Shown in pieces: positions 17,833 through 27,467 of a stretch of 64,000 nt of DNA. The stretch is from the NCBI GenBank assembly GCA_964646415.1, contig CAZYEL010000003.1:11639-75638 (forward strand). The letters run 5' to 3'. How positions within the stretch are numbered: position 1 is the stretch's first letter; each line of letters begins with the position of its first letter. The notes below the pieces were generated by a model. It was not told the DNA's origin and made no database searches. It saw only the letters and a program-made list of their open reading frames with translations. The translations under genes and the position numbers were made by a program. This DNA comes from an uncultured Candidatus Saccharibacteria bacterium. Lineage in GTDB: Bacteria; Patescibacteriota; Minisyncoccia; UBA6257; 2-01-FULL-56-20.

Positions 17833-18171
17833 CTAGAGCGGGCTCGCCACGGGGGCGGGTCCACTCCACAAATCTTTAAGAATCCGGCACGGCTCCACAA
17901 TCCGGGGATCCGCAATCGTGTAATAGACATTCAGCCCACTCTTTCGCACCCGCACCACGCGCGCGTAGCGGAGAAGCGCCAAATGCTGCGACATGTTCGC
18001 CTTGGAAACACCGAGAAGTTTCGACAGTTCGTCAACGGAAACTTCGTGAGTCTTCAAAATATTCAGAATCTCAAGCCGCTTGGGATTCGCAAGCATTTTA
18101 TAAAGATGCGCATTCCGCTGATACACAGCCTTCGGGAACGGGGACTTCGCTCGTGATTTTTTTGTCTTCAT
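17833..18171 (-). CDS. ArsR/SmtB family transcriptional regulator
   Basis: LANPKRLEIL..L...SQHLA.LR winged HTH. Confidence 0.9.
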   Translation of the reverse strand: MKTKKSRAKSPFPKAVYQRNAHLYKMLANPKRLEILNILKTHEVSVDELSKLLGVSKANMSQHLALLRYARVVRVRKSGLNVYYTIADPRIVEPCRILKDLWSGPAPVASPL

Positions 18172-18192
18172 AGTTTCGAAATTTCTTAACTA
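18171..18192. promoter_or_regulatory. Putative ArsR operator TAGTTnnGAAATTTCnnAACTA
   Basis: 22-bp dyad between the -10 and the ArsR start codon. Confidence 0.6.
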
Positions 18193-18199
18193 CTTCTCC

Positions 18200-18274
18200 A
18201 CTATACTCCCCGCCCGCTACCCGTGCAAACACCCACACCTGTGAATAAAGGGGTAAAGCCAAAAATTATCCACC
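18200..18274 (-). promoter_or_regulatory. Promoter TTGCAC-17-TATAGT with upstream DnaA-box-like sites (18240-18248, 18266-18274)
   Basis: Hexamers read directly; TTATTCACA (9/9 to TTATNCACA) and TTATCCACC (8/9). Confidence 0.55.
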
Positions 18275-18414
18275 GCCCCACAAATAAAAGCGCGGCGCTT
18301 GCCGTCTTCGGCGGCGTGTTGTGAAATAGCCGAGTTCTTACGGTCAAAGTCGGATTTTGGAACAAATAAGCTACTCATCGAGCCGTTTGTAAACAAGCGC
18401 TCTATGTTTTACCC

Positions 18415-18825
18415 CTAGCCCTCACGTAGTGATAAGGTTTTGTAGCTTTGCAGTAATTCCTTCCAAAAGAAAAAGCCTATCGCGGGAAACGCCAAGGCAG
18501 TGATCAATCCCGAATAGTAACCTCCCACCTCAATGGCTTTATACAAGTGGTGTAATTCATAGATAAAAATCAGTCCTGGAACAAACATAAGGCGCAGCTG
18601 CCATTTGGGTCCAAGGAGAAGCAGATAACTGATAACGAGCACGAGCCAGAGCATAATTTGAAACAGCACAAACAAAGCTTGCATATTGGGCAACTTTGCC
18701 AAACCGCCGAACAGAAACGCCGCATGCGAATCAATATTGTAGAAGCCGGTCAGAATTTCTTCTACGCCGTGGACAATAAACAACGGGATAGACAACAGAA
18801 ATAATTTTTGCAGTTTTCGGGTCAT
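18415..18825 (-). CDS. HXXEE-domain membrane protein
   Basis: HGVEE motif, about 4 TM. Confidence 0.7.
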   Translation of the reverse strand: MTRKLQKLFLLSIPLFIVHGVEEILTGFYNIDSHAAFLFGGLAKLPNMQALFVLFQIMLWLVLVISYLLLLGPKWQLRLMFVPGLIFIYELHHLYKAIEVGGYYSGLITALAFPAIGFFFWKELLQSYKTLSLREG

Positions 18826-19439
18826 AGCTTTTTGAATATATGCACTTCTTTAATTACGGGAAAACTTCGCATGCCTTCCATGACAAATCCATTATGCGTG
18901 AACGCATTGATGTTGGTACTGCGTGAATGCAGCTGAAATCTGTAGAGTTGTGCCACTGTTCTTCCAAGCCAACTATCCTTAACTGGCGAGTTAAGAAAAT
19001 ACCCGCCCTTTTTGAGATAGAAAGAAAGGTTTTTGACCGTTACTGCGGGATCAACGTACTCCAAAACCCCACCAGTCATAATAAGGTCAAATTGCTCGCT
19101 TTGATAGGGAAGCGGCTTGGTTATGTCTCCCGTCAACACTTTCACTCGGCTCTCCAGATTTTTTTCGCGCACTGTGTTTTTCATGACCGCAGCCATATCG
19201 GCGCTTACATCAAAAGCTTGGACAAACGCATTCGGGAATCGCTTGAGGAAAGCAAAGGCATAAAGGCCCGTGCCACAACCGGCGTCAAGCACTTTTATTT
19301 CTGCTTTTCGGTCAAACGGAATAAGCCCAATAAAGTAGCTGACCGCTAATTTATAGCCGGAAAGCCATAAACTGATATCGTACATTTTCGCAATTCCCGA
19401 ATACAAACGATTAGAGTCAGTGCTTATTTTCATGAACAT
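18822..19439 (-). CDS. Class I SAM-dependent methyltransferase
   Basis: VLDAGCGTG motif. Confidence 0.85.
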   Translation of the reverse strand: MFMKISTDSNRLYSGIAKMYDISLWLSGYKLAVSYFIGLIPFDRKAEIKVLDAGCGTGLYAFAFLKRFPNAFVQAFDVSADMAAVMKNTVREKNLESRVKVLTGDITKPLPYQSEQFDLIMTGGVLEYVDPAVTVKNLSFYLKKGGYFLNSPVKDSWLGRTVAQLYRFQLHSRSTNINAFTHNGFVMEGMRSFPVIKEVHIFKKL

Positions 19440-19512
19440 TTATAGTTCCGTCTGTGTAAAAACACTGCGCTCACCATGACAAAAAACGTGCTTGCCGACA
19501 AAAGCCATTTTT

Positions 19513-20289
19513 CTATTCACTGTGCTTATTTCGATTATCCCCCGCTGTTCTCGGTCTCGTTTCAAAGGCAAGCCCCCATGTGGAGAATTTCGCGCGTAAA
19601 GAGGGGGGTTCGTATCCTACTTCATCGAATGCGCGGAGGACTTCTTCTTCCGTAAACAAATTTCCACCCCACATCCACTTCCCGAGAATCCTCGCCATGA
19701 TGCTTTTGCTACAAATGACAAGTACAAATTTCCCATCCGGTTTGAGCAATAGCTTTAAATTTGAGAGTACCTCGGTGAGACGCTCGTGCGGAGCGTAATC
19801 CAACCCCTGGCACACGATAAGGTCAAAGTTTTTCCAGTCTGGCGGCAACTGTTCCTTGAGGCGAAGAAAATCCGCAACGGCAAGGCTCACCTTTCCCACA
19901 GACGGATGCCGTGCAAGCCACATCTGGAAACGCTCAAGCATCTTGGGAGTCAGGTCAAATCCGTACCAGCCGATACCTACAATCCCTTTCTCTCGCGCGA
20001 GGTCAAAAAGTGCCCGAAGAAACGCTCCGGTTCCGCAACCGACATCGAGCACTTTCATACCCGGAGAGAGAAGATTCCTCGACCGGAAAAAATCTCGGAG
20101 CGTCTCCGAATGTCGGAGAATTGTAATCCCGATGTCATAAAGCCATGCCCGCTCCGTAAAAAGTTTTCTTATCTTTGCAACATCCATATTTGTGTTCGTT
20201 TTCTTTAGCAACTTAGCATATTCCTCATATTTATTGCCTTCAGAGTGCGCCGCATGCACCGACTTCCGCGAGTGCCAAAGTCGGTGCAT
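19513..20289 (-). CDS. Class I SAM-dependent methyltransferase (start uncertain, may be shorter)
   Basis: VLDVGCGTG motif; similar to the neighbour. Confidence 0.8.
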   Translation of the reverse strand: MHRLWHSRKSVHAAHSEGNKYEEYAKLLKKTNTNMDVAKIRKLFTERAWLYDIGITILRHSETLRDFFRSRNLLSPGMKVLDVGCGTGAFLRALFDLAREKGIVGIGWYGFDLTPKMLERFQMWLARHPSVGKVSLAVADFLRLKEQLPPDWKNFDLIVCQGLDYAPHERLTEVLSNLKLLLKPDGKFVLVICSKSIMARILGKWMWGGNLFTEEEVLRAFDEVGYEPPSLRAKFSTWGLAFETRPRTAGDNRNKHSE

Positions 20290-20325
20290 TATTTATGAAT
20301 ACCTTCTCGCCACCCCCACTCGCTC

Positions 20326-20496
20326 TTAGTGGCAACAGCCGTGGGAGGCATCGGACTGCTCCTGCGGCAATTTCTTGCGGTATTCTTCCTTGCAGTTTTC
20401 CGAGCAGAACTTTTTGCCGTACCCCTCCGGGTACGTTTTCCCTTTCTGGAGCTCCATCTTACAGACGGGGCATTTCTCCTTGAAAATGTTGAACAT
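20326..20496 (-). CDS. Small TRASH/YHS-like metal-binding protein
   Basis: CPVCKM...FCSENC, C-terminal HGCCH. Confidence 0.75.
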   Translation of the reverse strand: MFNIFKEKCPVCKMELQKGKTYPEGYGKKFCSENCKEEYRKKLPQEQSDASHGCCH

Positions 20497-20501
20497 GGCT
20501 A

Positions 20502-20699
20502 TTAATCTTTGTTCTCGATACCGAACAACCGGTGAAGCCAACACCAGCCAAGAAAGCTCTCGGCAAGCGCGATCCAGCCGACCACGGCGATGAGGACCGT
20601 GGCCCATTCCGCATCATACTGGGGCGCAACCGGACCGAGCCACCAGAATGCCAGCGCAAAACGCAAAATCCTGTCTACCCTTCCCAAATTTTGGTTCAT
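20502..20699 (-). CDS. DUF2892 (YgaP-like) small membrane protein
   Basis: NLGRVDRILR...GWC motif. Confidence 0.75.
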   Translation of the reverse strand: MNQNLGRVDRILRFALAFWWLGPVAPQYDAEWATVLIAVVGWIALAESFLGWCWLHRLFGIENKD

Positions 20700-20741
20700 G
20701 TCGTTGTATGTTGATGCATTCACTCCGTTCGACCTTTTGCT

Positions 20742-23336
20742 TCACGCGCGGCGTTCCGCGTATCCGCGTCCCGCCTTGAGCCGCAATGAATTCAGCACCA
20801 CCGAAAGCGACGAAAACGCCATGGCGGCGGCGGCGAGGACCGGATTCAGCAGCACCCCGAACAACGGATAAAGCGCGCCGGCGGCAACCGGAATGAACGC
20901 CGTGTTGTAGAAAAACGCCCAGAAAAGATTCTGCTTGACGATGCGCAGCGTCCTCCGCGAAAGCGCGAAGAGCTCCGGTATGAGCCGTAGGTCCCCCCGC
21001 ATGAGCGTAATGCCCGCCGATTCCATCGCCACATCGGTGCCTTCGCCCATCGCGATGCCCAAATCCGCCTGCGCCAGCGCCGGCGCGTCGTTGATGCCGT
21101 CGCCGACCATCGCCACCTTTTTGCCCGACTTCTGGAGCTCCGCCACTTTTTGGGCTTTGTGCTCGGGCAGTACGTGCGCCATCACGTGGTCAATGCCGAC
21201 CTGCGCGGCGACCGCCCGGGCGGTCCGCTCGTTGTCTCCCGTAATCATCCAAATCTCCAAACCCGCAGCTTTGAGAAGCGCCACCGTTTCTTTGGCTTCC
21301 GGCTTCACCACGTCGGCGATGGCAATAAGCCCCGCAATCTGCCCCTCTTCGATAAGGACAACGACTGTCTTGCCTTCGGACTCAAGCGCCTGCATGGCTG
21401 CTTCAACGGGTTCGGGGCTCACGTTGAACAATTTTAAAAGTTCCCGGTTGCCCAACGCAGCCAACACGTTCCTGCCGTCTTGTACGATATGCCCCTTAAT
21501 CCCTTTGCCGGGTATCGCCTCGAAGTCGGACACTGCGAACAATCCGACATTCTCTTCGGATGCCTCCTCTTTGATTGCCCGGTCCAACGGGTGAGACGAT
21601 TTCTGCCCCACGCTCGCGGCGGCCTGAATGACCGCTCTCCCCAGAGGGTGCTCCGACTTTTGCTCCAAGCTTGCCGCCATCCGTAGCATGCGGGATTCCG
21701 GATTCTGCATCTTCGCAAAAGGCACGATGTCGGTGACCGCCGGCTTCCCCTGCGTGAGCGTTCCCGTCTTGTCCACAATAATCGCGCCGACGGCGCGGGC
21801 AATTTCCAACGCCGCCGCTTCCCGGATTAAAATGCCTTTCCCCGCGCCCTGGCCGATGCCCACCATCATCGCCATGGGCGTCGCAAGCCCCAATGCGCAC
21901 GGGCAGGCAATGATGAGCACGGCCACAAAATTCACGAGCGCAAAGGTGAATGCCGGCTCCGGCCCCCACGCGAGCCAGACCGCGAACGTCGCGATTGCCA
22001 CCACGAACACCACCGGCACAAAATAAGAAGCGATCAAGTCGGCTAACCTCTGAATCGGCGCCTTGGACCCCTGGGCCTGCTCCACCATCTTGATAATCTG
22101 CGAGAGCACAGTGTCTTTCCCAACTCTTGTCGCGGCGAGCGTAAATGAACCGGTCTGATTGATGGTTGCGCCGATGACCTTCGCGCCGACGTTCTTGCCG
22201 ACCGGCATGCTCTCGCCGGTTACCATCGATTCGTCCACCGACGACCTTCCCTCCACCACTTCGCCGTCCACCGGAATCTTTTCGCCGGGACGCACCACGA
22301 CGCGGTCGCCGACCTGCACCTCCTCAATCGGAATTTCCTGCTCCTTGTTGTCGCGGATAACGCGCGCGGTTTTCGCCGAAAGCTTCATAAGCTTCTTGAT
22401 GGCGTCCGAAGCTTTGCCTTTGGCGAGCACTTCAAGGTAGCGCCCGAGGAGAATCAACGTAATGATGACAGCTGACGTATCGAAATAAACGGCGGGTTTC
22501 ACGCCGCCCTGGCTGAAGAATGCCGGGAAGAAAGCGACGGCGGCGCTGTAGCAATAAGCGGAGAGCGTCCCCACGGCAATCAAGGTATTCATATCGGCCG
22601 TCCGGTATTTAAAGAGGATTTTCAAGCCGCTGTAGAAACGGGCGCCCACCCAAAACTGCACCGGCGTGGTGAGCGCGAGGAGCACCCAGTAATCATTCGC
22701 GATTGCCGGCATGAACGGAAACCACTCCGGGAAACTGCCCAAAAATATCGCGGCGGAAAGAACCGCCCCGACGATTATTTTTCTCTTCAGCGCGGACAGC
22801 TCCCGCTCTCGTTCCTGCTTTTCCCTCTCGAGCAAATCCTGCGCTTCCGATGTTTCCCGCACCGCTTCGTAGCCGGCGTCGTCAATCACTTTTTCTATCT
22901 GCTCCGGCGTAACGGCACGCGCGTTGAACGCCACCTTGGCGCGCGCGTTACTGTAGTCAACCTCGATTTTTTCAATGCCCGGAAGGGTTGTTACCGCTTT
23001 CTCCACCACCATGGCGCAATGAGGCGAATCCATGCCGATAACCCTCAATGCCAAAAATTCCCTTCCTCCCGCGCCCGCTGCCTCGTGCGTCCCGGGCACG
23101 GGGTTCCGTTCCGCGCCCGTCCCTCCCTCACCCGCAAGCTCGTAACCGGCATCGCGCACCACCTTGGCAAAGTCATCGGCGCGTATCCGCGTTTCATCGA
23201 ATTCAACCAAAAGGGTCTCGGCGGCGAAATTGACCTGCGCGCGCGCGGTCCCCGGCAATTGTAAAACCGCCTTTTCTATAGTCGCCGCGCAACTCGCGCA
23301 ATCCATGCCGCGAATTTTGAAAATTCCTTTTTTCAT
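20742..23336 (-). CDS. copA: Cu(+)-exporting P1B-1 ATPase
   Basis: Two HMA domains (GMDCASC, GMDSPHC), [22 protein letters not shown] and MAFSS. Confidence 0.95.
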   Translation of the reverse strand: MKKGIFKIRGMDCASCAATIEKAVLQLPGTARAQVNFAAETLLVEFDETRIRADDFAKVVRDAGYELAGEGGTGAERNPVPGTHEAAGAGGREFLALRVIGMDSPHCAMVVEKAVTTLPGIEKIEVDYSNARAKVAFNARAVTPEQIEKVIDDAGYEAVRETSEAQDLLEREKQERERELSALKRKIIVGAVLSAAIFLGSFPEWFPFMPAIANDYWVLLALTTPVQFWVGARFYSGLKILFKYRTADMNTLIAVGTLSAYCYSAAVAFFPAFFSQGGVKPAVYFDTSAVIITLILLGRYLEVLAKGKASDAIKKLMKLSAKTARVIRDNKEQEIPIEEVQVGDRVVVRPGEKIPVDGEVVEGRSSVDESMVTGESMPVGKNVGAKVIGATINQTGSFTLAATRVGKDTVLSQIIKMVEQAQGSKAPIQRLADLIASYFVPVVFVVAIATFAVWLAWGPEPAFTFALVNFVAVLIIACPCALGLATPMAMMVGIGQGAGKGILIREAAALEIARAVGAIIVDKTGTLTQGKPAVTDIVPFAKMQNPESRMLRMAASLEQKSEHPLGRAVIQAAASVGQKSSHPLDRAIKEEASEENVGLFAVSDFEAIPGKGIKGHIVQDGRNVLAALGNRELLKLFNVSPEPVEAAMQALESEGKTVVVLIEEGQIAGLIAIADVVKPEAKETVALLKAAGLEIWMITGDNERTARAVAAQVGIDHVMAHVLPEHKAQKVAELQKSGKKVAMVGDGINDAPALAQADLGIAMGEGTDVAMESAGITLMRGDLRLIPELFALSRRTLRIVKQNLFWAFFYNTAFIPVAAGALYPLFGVLLNPVLAAAAMAFSSLSVVLNSLRLKAGRGYAERRA

Positions 23337-23337
23337 A

Positions 23338-23805
23338 TTACCGTACATCCCACCTGAACGAACGTTCGGGGACTCCACCGACGTTTTTGATTTTTAACTC
23401 GACATATTGCGGCGTTGGCTGAATCGGATTAAACATAAGTGTCCCTTCGCGATGGTGCCCGCCGGGGCCGGGACCCTCCCACGCCGTCGGCTGATATGTA
23501 TTTCCCTTATCATCCACGAGAACTGCAACTTGCACCACAGCATCATCCAAACTTCCGGAGTGAGTGTCAAAAACAACATCAAACCGCCATATGTTCGCGC
23601 TTGTACCGAATTCTATCGGGGTAACTTTGATTGTTACCGGCGACTGACTGTCGGTTTTCGTTTCCCAACTACGCGGCGCCGTGCTCGCGGGTTGCGAGGC
23701 CTGCAATTCACCGCTCGTCTGAAGCGGTTCACGGTTTTTCGAAACTCCGCTCAAAACGAGCACCACAGCAACCAGTCCGGCGATTATGTACGGTGCATAT
23801 TTCAT
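23338..23805 (-). CDS. Exported hypothetical protein with His motifs (THSGSLD, GGHHREG)
   Basis: Signal anchor; operonic with copA. Confidence 0.75.
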   Translation of the reverse strand: MKYAPYIIAGLVAVVLVLSGVSKNREPLQTSGELQASQPASTAPRSWETKTDSQSPVTIKVTPIEFGTSANIWRFDVVFDTHSGSLDDAVVQVAVLVDDKGNTYQPTAWEGPGPGGHHREGTLMFNPIQPTPQYVELKIKNVGGVPERSFRWDVR

Positions 23806-24233
23806 GTACTTCTGAACTGGAAAGTCCTCTTCGCAATATAGGCGATGCCGCCGAAATTAAATATGATGCCAACCCAGAAAAACTCGATCTGATACTGCGC
23901 GGCGAAGGTGACGATACCGACCGCGCCGAGAATCGGGAGGATGTTCACGAGGTAATGCGCGCAACACGACACCATCGCCGCAGTGGAAGTGGCGCCGGTT
24001 ACTCCCAGCACTTTGCCGCTCCCGCCCGCAACGAGCGTTTTGAGATATACATACAACCCCACTTGGACGCCGAATCCGGCCGCCAAACTCACTATAAAGT
24101 ACCAGAAGGAAAAGAACTGGCTTTGCGCGAAGCCCCACCCCGAAACGAGCGTGAGAATCCCGAAGTACACGCCGAGGAGCACCGCGCTCGCGAGCGTGCC
24201 GTAGAGAACCGGCTTTGCGGAAACATGCGCCAT
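23802..24233 (-). CDS. Membrane protein with MVSCCAH motif
   Basis: About 4 TM; overlaps the next gene. Confidence 0.75.
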   Translation of the reverse strand: MAHVSAKPVLYGTLASAVLLGVYFGILTLVSGWGFAQSQFFSFWYFIVSLAAGFGVQVGLYVYLKTLVAGGSGKVLGVTGATSTAAMVSCCAHYLVNILPILGAVGIVTFAAQYQIEFFWVGIIFNFGGIAYIAKRTFQFRST

Positions 24234-24235
24234 AA

Positions 24236-24421
24236 TCACTCTTTGACGTACCGCTCGGGATTTTTTTGAAACTCCTGGCGGCAATGATCGGAACAGAAAG
24301 CGTACAGGTGTCCTTTGTACGAAAATGTAACCCCGTCGGTTGCCTGCATGCCGCACACCGGATCTTTCAGAGTTCCCTTCTGCGGTACATTTTTTAATTT
24401 TTTAAACAATGAACCAAACAT
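24236..24421 (-). CDS. YHS domain protein
   Basis: KDPVCGM...YAFCSDHC..F...PERY. Confidence 0.85.
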   Translation of the reverse strand: MFGSLFKKLKNVPQKGTLKDPVCGMQATDGVTFSYKGHLYAFCSDHCRQEFQKNPERYVKE

Positions 24422-24455
24422 AGCCTGTAATGCGTTGTGCCATACCGCAACGTTT

Positions 24456-24731
24456 TTATTGCGCAATACTCTCGACCTTTTTCTTCAATGCCGCGAATTC
24501 GCTCCGCGTCGGGACATCAAGCTCCCGCAACACCTTCTTGAGCAACACCTTCAACTCCCGCACCGACGCGCGCCTGCTCGCCTCACCCTCCGCAACAAGC
24601 GCGGCGAACGCCTCTTTTGCCTCTCTCCTCGGAATTTTCGCCGAAATTGCCCGCACAAGCCGCTTCGCTCCCTTCGCCGACGCGCCCACCAGCCCTACGC
24701 TTGCAAGCAATAACTTTTCGTATGATTTCAT
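24456..24731 (-). CDS. Phasin-like (PhaF/PhaI-type) coiled-coil protein
   Basis: L.VPTRSEFAALKKKV tail; helical composition. Confidence 0.55.
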   Translation of the reverse strand: MKSYEKLLLASVGLVGASAKGAKRLVRAISAKIPRREAKEAFAALVAEGEASRRASVRELKVLLKKVLRELDVPTRSEFAALKKKVESIAQ

Positions 24732-24749
24732 GGATATAGTTATTATTCT

Positions 24750-25472
24750 TTATGCGACCTTTGCAGATACTTTGCGCCATGTTACGTGCTCATACACGCT
24801 TGACCAATAAAACCCGAAAGAAATCGCGAAGAGCAGCTCTTCAAACGGTATGCCCGCGATGAGAATCCCCGAAATAGCATCAAGCCGCCAGACTTGCACA
24901 ACATACCCGGGATACATTGCGATGAGCGTGAAAAAATACACAAAATAAAGCCCGAGAAAAAGAAACGCGCTTGTAATCATTTTCTTTTTCAAGTCCGGTC
25001 GGCAATACCATGTGGCGATGCCACCGAGAACTAAGGAGAACACAGATATGTAGATTGGGTTAAGAGAAGTGGTAAGCGAGAGGACGATAAAAACGATTGG
25101 CGCGGCAAGCAACGCCCAAAGATGATAGCGGTGATGTAACGTATGGCGCGCCTGCACAGGCAGGTGCTTATGCGCCGCGGGGAAAATCCGCTCGTAGAGC
25201 ACGGCCACGATGCCGCCGAGCGCAAATGCGAAAACCAGACTCTCAATATCAAAGCCGGTCCGGTGAGCCAAGTCGAACAAGGACGGCGGGTTCCAATACT
25301 CGGGCACGAACAAGGGTTCGGTGAATCCTAAAAGAGAAGTCCATAAACTGACCGTGAGCATCTCTTTTTTACTCTCCCTGCTTTTCAAGAGCACATAGAT
25401 GACTCCCCAAATAATTATGAGAAGTGCGCTCCATAACGCCCATGCAAATTGCGGTTCATGCACTGCATTCAT
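24750..25472 (-). CDS. Lycopene-cyclase-domain-like membrane protein
   Basis: Two repeats ending in GFDIES/GIPFEELLF. Confidence 0.65.
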   Translation of the reverse strand: MNAVHEPQFAWALWSALLIIIWGVIYVLLKSRESKKEMLTVSLWTSLLGFTEPLFVPEYWNPPSLFDLAHRTGFDIESLVFAFALGGIVAVLYERIFPAAHKHLPVQARHTLHHRYHLWALLAAPIVFIVLSLTTSLNPIYISVFSLVLGGIATWYCRPDLKKKMITSAFLFLGLYFVYFFTLIAMYPGYVVQVWRLDAISGILIAGIPFEELLFAISFGFYWSSVYEHVTWRKVSAKVA

Positions 25473-25645
25473 GGGTTATTTTTTTCTACAGAATTGCCTT
25501 CGGGGATATACTGCAGGGGACTCTTTTGAAACTCTTCCTTGCATGTTTTGCAGCAGAGATGATATACGTTGCCGCCGTACTTCAAAATGGCGTACTCCTC
25601 TTTTTTCCGCAACCTCTTTTTACAGACCGGGTCGATGTAGAACAT
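25469..25645 (-). CDS. YHS domain protein
   Basis: IDPVC...YHLCCKTC..F..SP..Y. Confidence 0.75.
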   Translation of the reverse strand: MFYIDPVCKKRLRKKEEYAILKYGGNVYHLCCKTCKEEFQKSPLQYIPEGNSVEKNNP

Positions 25646-25659
25646 AACGATACCGTTTT

Positions 25660-26319
25660 TTATTTTAGTGGGGATGTTGCGACCTTCGACGTATCCCATT
25701 TAGGAATGAACGCCGGTGTTTCTTTCGCGTACACGCTCCACGCGTCACCGAACTCTTTCTCCGCATCGGCTTCTTCGCTTTTCGCCAATTTTATATACAT
25801 CCAGACCAGTACGGGGAACATGATGAGCGTAAGAAGCGTCGGCCACTGCAGAAGGAACCCAAACATGATGAGCACAAACCCCGCATACTGCGGATGGCGG
25901 ATGCGCGCATAGGGACCGGCGGTTGCGAGCGTATGACTTTTTTGGGCCGTATAGAGCACCTCCCACGCGCGGACGATAAGCATAAAGCCATAACCGATAA
26001 ACACGTAGCTCACAATATGGAACGGTCCGAAGTGCGGGTCGCCGCCCCACCCAAACAGGTCTTCAAGGAGATGCCCGGAATTGTGCGAGAAAATATCCAT
26101 GCCGGGAAATGTCGCGGTGAGCCACCCGGAAAGAAAGTAGATGGTGAGCGGAAATCCGTACATCTCCATGAACAACGCAACCATGAACGCCGAGAACACC
26201 CCCAATGAACGCCAGTCGCGAACTTTTTTCGGCCTCGTAAAACTAAATGCGAAAATGACCGAGACCAGCGAACTCACGATAACAAGCGGCCAGAGACCAT
26301 ACGCGGGAGAGGACGGCAT
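25660..26319 (-). CDS. Isoprenylcysteine carboxyl methyltransferase family membrane protein
   Basis: EMYGFPLTIY, GPYARIRHPQY, EE motifs. Confidence 0.85.
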   Translation of the reverse strand: MPSSPAYGLWPLVIVSSLVSVIFAFSFTRPKKVRDWRSLGVFSAFMVALFMEMYGFPLTIYFLSGWLTATFPGMDIFSHNSGHLLEDLFGWGGDPHFGPFHIVSYVFIGYGFMLIVRAWEVLYTAQKSHTLATAGPYARIRHPQYAGFVLIMFGFLLQWPTLLTLIMFPVLVWMYIKLAKSEEADAEKEFGDAWSVYAKETPAFIPKWDTSKVATSPLK

Positions 26320-26324
26320 AGCGG

Positions 26325-26573
26325 TTAGTGAGTATGAGGCTCGTCTTCCCGGCGCTCCCGGCCGGAGTCGCCGCCGTGCCCGCCGTGGCCCTTGAACATC
26401 ATCCAGACATGTGCGACGACAAAAATACCGATAAGAATTGGCCAGAGGTACCCGTTTGAAGACAACGTATCCCCGCCAAGAAGTACAAAACCCAACAGGA
26501 GGAGACAAGGAATCATCATCCACAGGATGCCCTTATGCCCGCCGTTTTTACTGTTGTTTTCGTGCTCGTGCAT
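26325..26573 (-). CDS. DUF2933-like His-rich small membrane protein
   Basis: WMMIPC..., HVWMM..GHGGH. Confidence 0.65.
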   Translation of the reverse strand: MHEHENNSKNGGHKGILWMMIPCLLLLGFVLLGGDTLSSNGYLWPILIGIFVVAHVWMMFKGHGGHGGDSGRERREDEPHTH

Positions 26574-26578
26574 AGCGG

Positions 26579-26845
26579 TTATTTTCTTACCAAGCTGGAA
26601 TTGTGCATCCACACGTAGTACCACCCGAAGAGCCAGGCGAAGACAAACATATAGACCGCGCCAAGGAGCACACTCCCGGGACTAATCCATGTAAATCCCG
26701 GCAACGTCTCAAAAAGCGAGTGGTGCAGCTCTACTCCTCTCGCGCTTCGGAGCGGAAGAAACCCGCCAACAAGACAAATGACATATGCGACTTCCGCACC
26801 CAGTACGCACTTCCAACCGTATAACTTAAGCGACAGTTGTCCCAT
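26579..26845 (-). CDS. DUF5676-like small membrane protein
   Basis: Y..C, HH..F..LPGF.W, 2-3 TM. Confidence 0.65.
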   Translation of the reverse strand: MGQLSLKLYGWKCVLGAEVAYVICLVGGFLPLRSARGVELHHSLFETLPGFTWISPGSVLLGAVYMFVFAWLFGWYYVWMHNSSLVRK

Positions 26846-26861
26846 GTGTTATTTTGATTAA

Positions 26862-27065
26862 TTAACCGACATATTTTTCGGGGTCATTGACGAAGTGCTC
26901 CCTGCACGTTTTAGAACAGAAATAAAAGACCTCCCCGTGATGCTCGGCATGAAATTGTGTATTCGCCGAATCAACCTCCATGCCGCAGATCACATCAAGC
27001 GCCTTTTCTTCCGGCTCAATGTGCATGCCGACCTTTTTTAACTCTTTGCTGATATTACTTGGCAT
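26862..27065 (-). CDS. YHS domain protein
   Basis: DVICGM...YFCSKTC..F...PEKY. Confidence 0.85.
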   Translation of the reverse strand: MPSNISKELKKVGMHIEPEEKALDVICGMEVDSANTQFHAEHHGEVFYFCSKTCREHFVNDPEKYVG

Positions 27066-27070
27066 AGATA

Positions 27071-27463
27071 TTATTGCGCAGCAGTATCGACGATAGTCCT
27101 CACAAGCGCATCAATCTCTTCCGGCAAGCTGCCCAACTCCGCCTTCGGGAAAAAGTGCCGCAACACCACGGGCCGCATGCCGGAGATAACCGTGGTACCA
27201 TCCTTCACATACACGTTGACCTTGCACGGCATGCACAGCCCGAGCCGCATGTCGGCCTCCAAAAACGCGCTCGCGTAGCGCGCATTGCAGAACTCAATGA
27301 TTTTGAAGGGGGCTCGCGCAAATCCCTTTTCTCCGAGCGCTCTTTGCACATCGTGGATGTGGAGCACCCGCATACCGGCTTTTACGACTGCCTCCTCCGC
27401 GCTCTTGGCCGCCGCATCAAACTCCTTGGCGGTCGTAACCGTATAATCAAAACCTGATTCCAT
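27071..27463 (-). CDS. DUF302 family protein
   Basis: IIEFCN..., GLCMPCKV.V motifs. Confidence 0.85.
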   Translation of the reverse strand: MESGFDYTVTTAKEFDAAAKSAEEAVVKAGMRVLHIHDVQRALGEKGFARAPFKIIEFCNARYASAFLEADMRLGLCMPCKVNVYVKDGTTVISGMRPVVLRHFFPKAELGSLPEEIDALVRTIVDTAAQ

Positions 27464-27467
27464 GGGA

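Noticed and set aside
18225-18250. NrdR box upstream of the nrdJ operon
   Set aside because: Only a weak match and not in tandem; the DnaA-box and ArsR-dyad readings fit better.
18240-18274. Replication origin
   Set aside because: Only two DnaA-like boxes, with no dnaA/dnaN nearby and no clear unwinding element; treated as promoter-associated.
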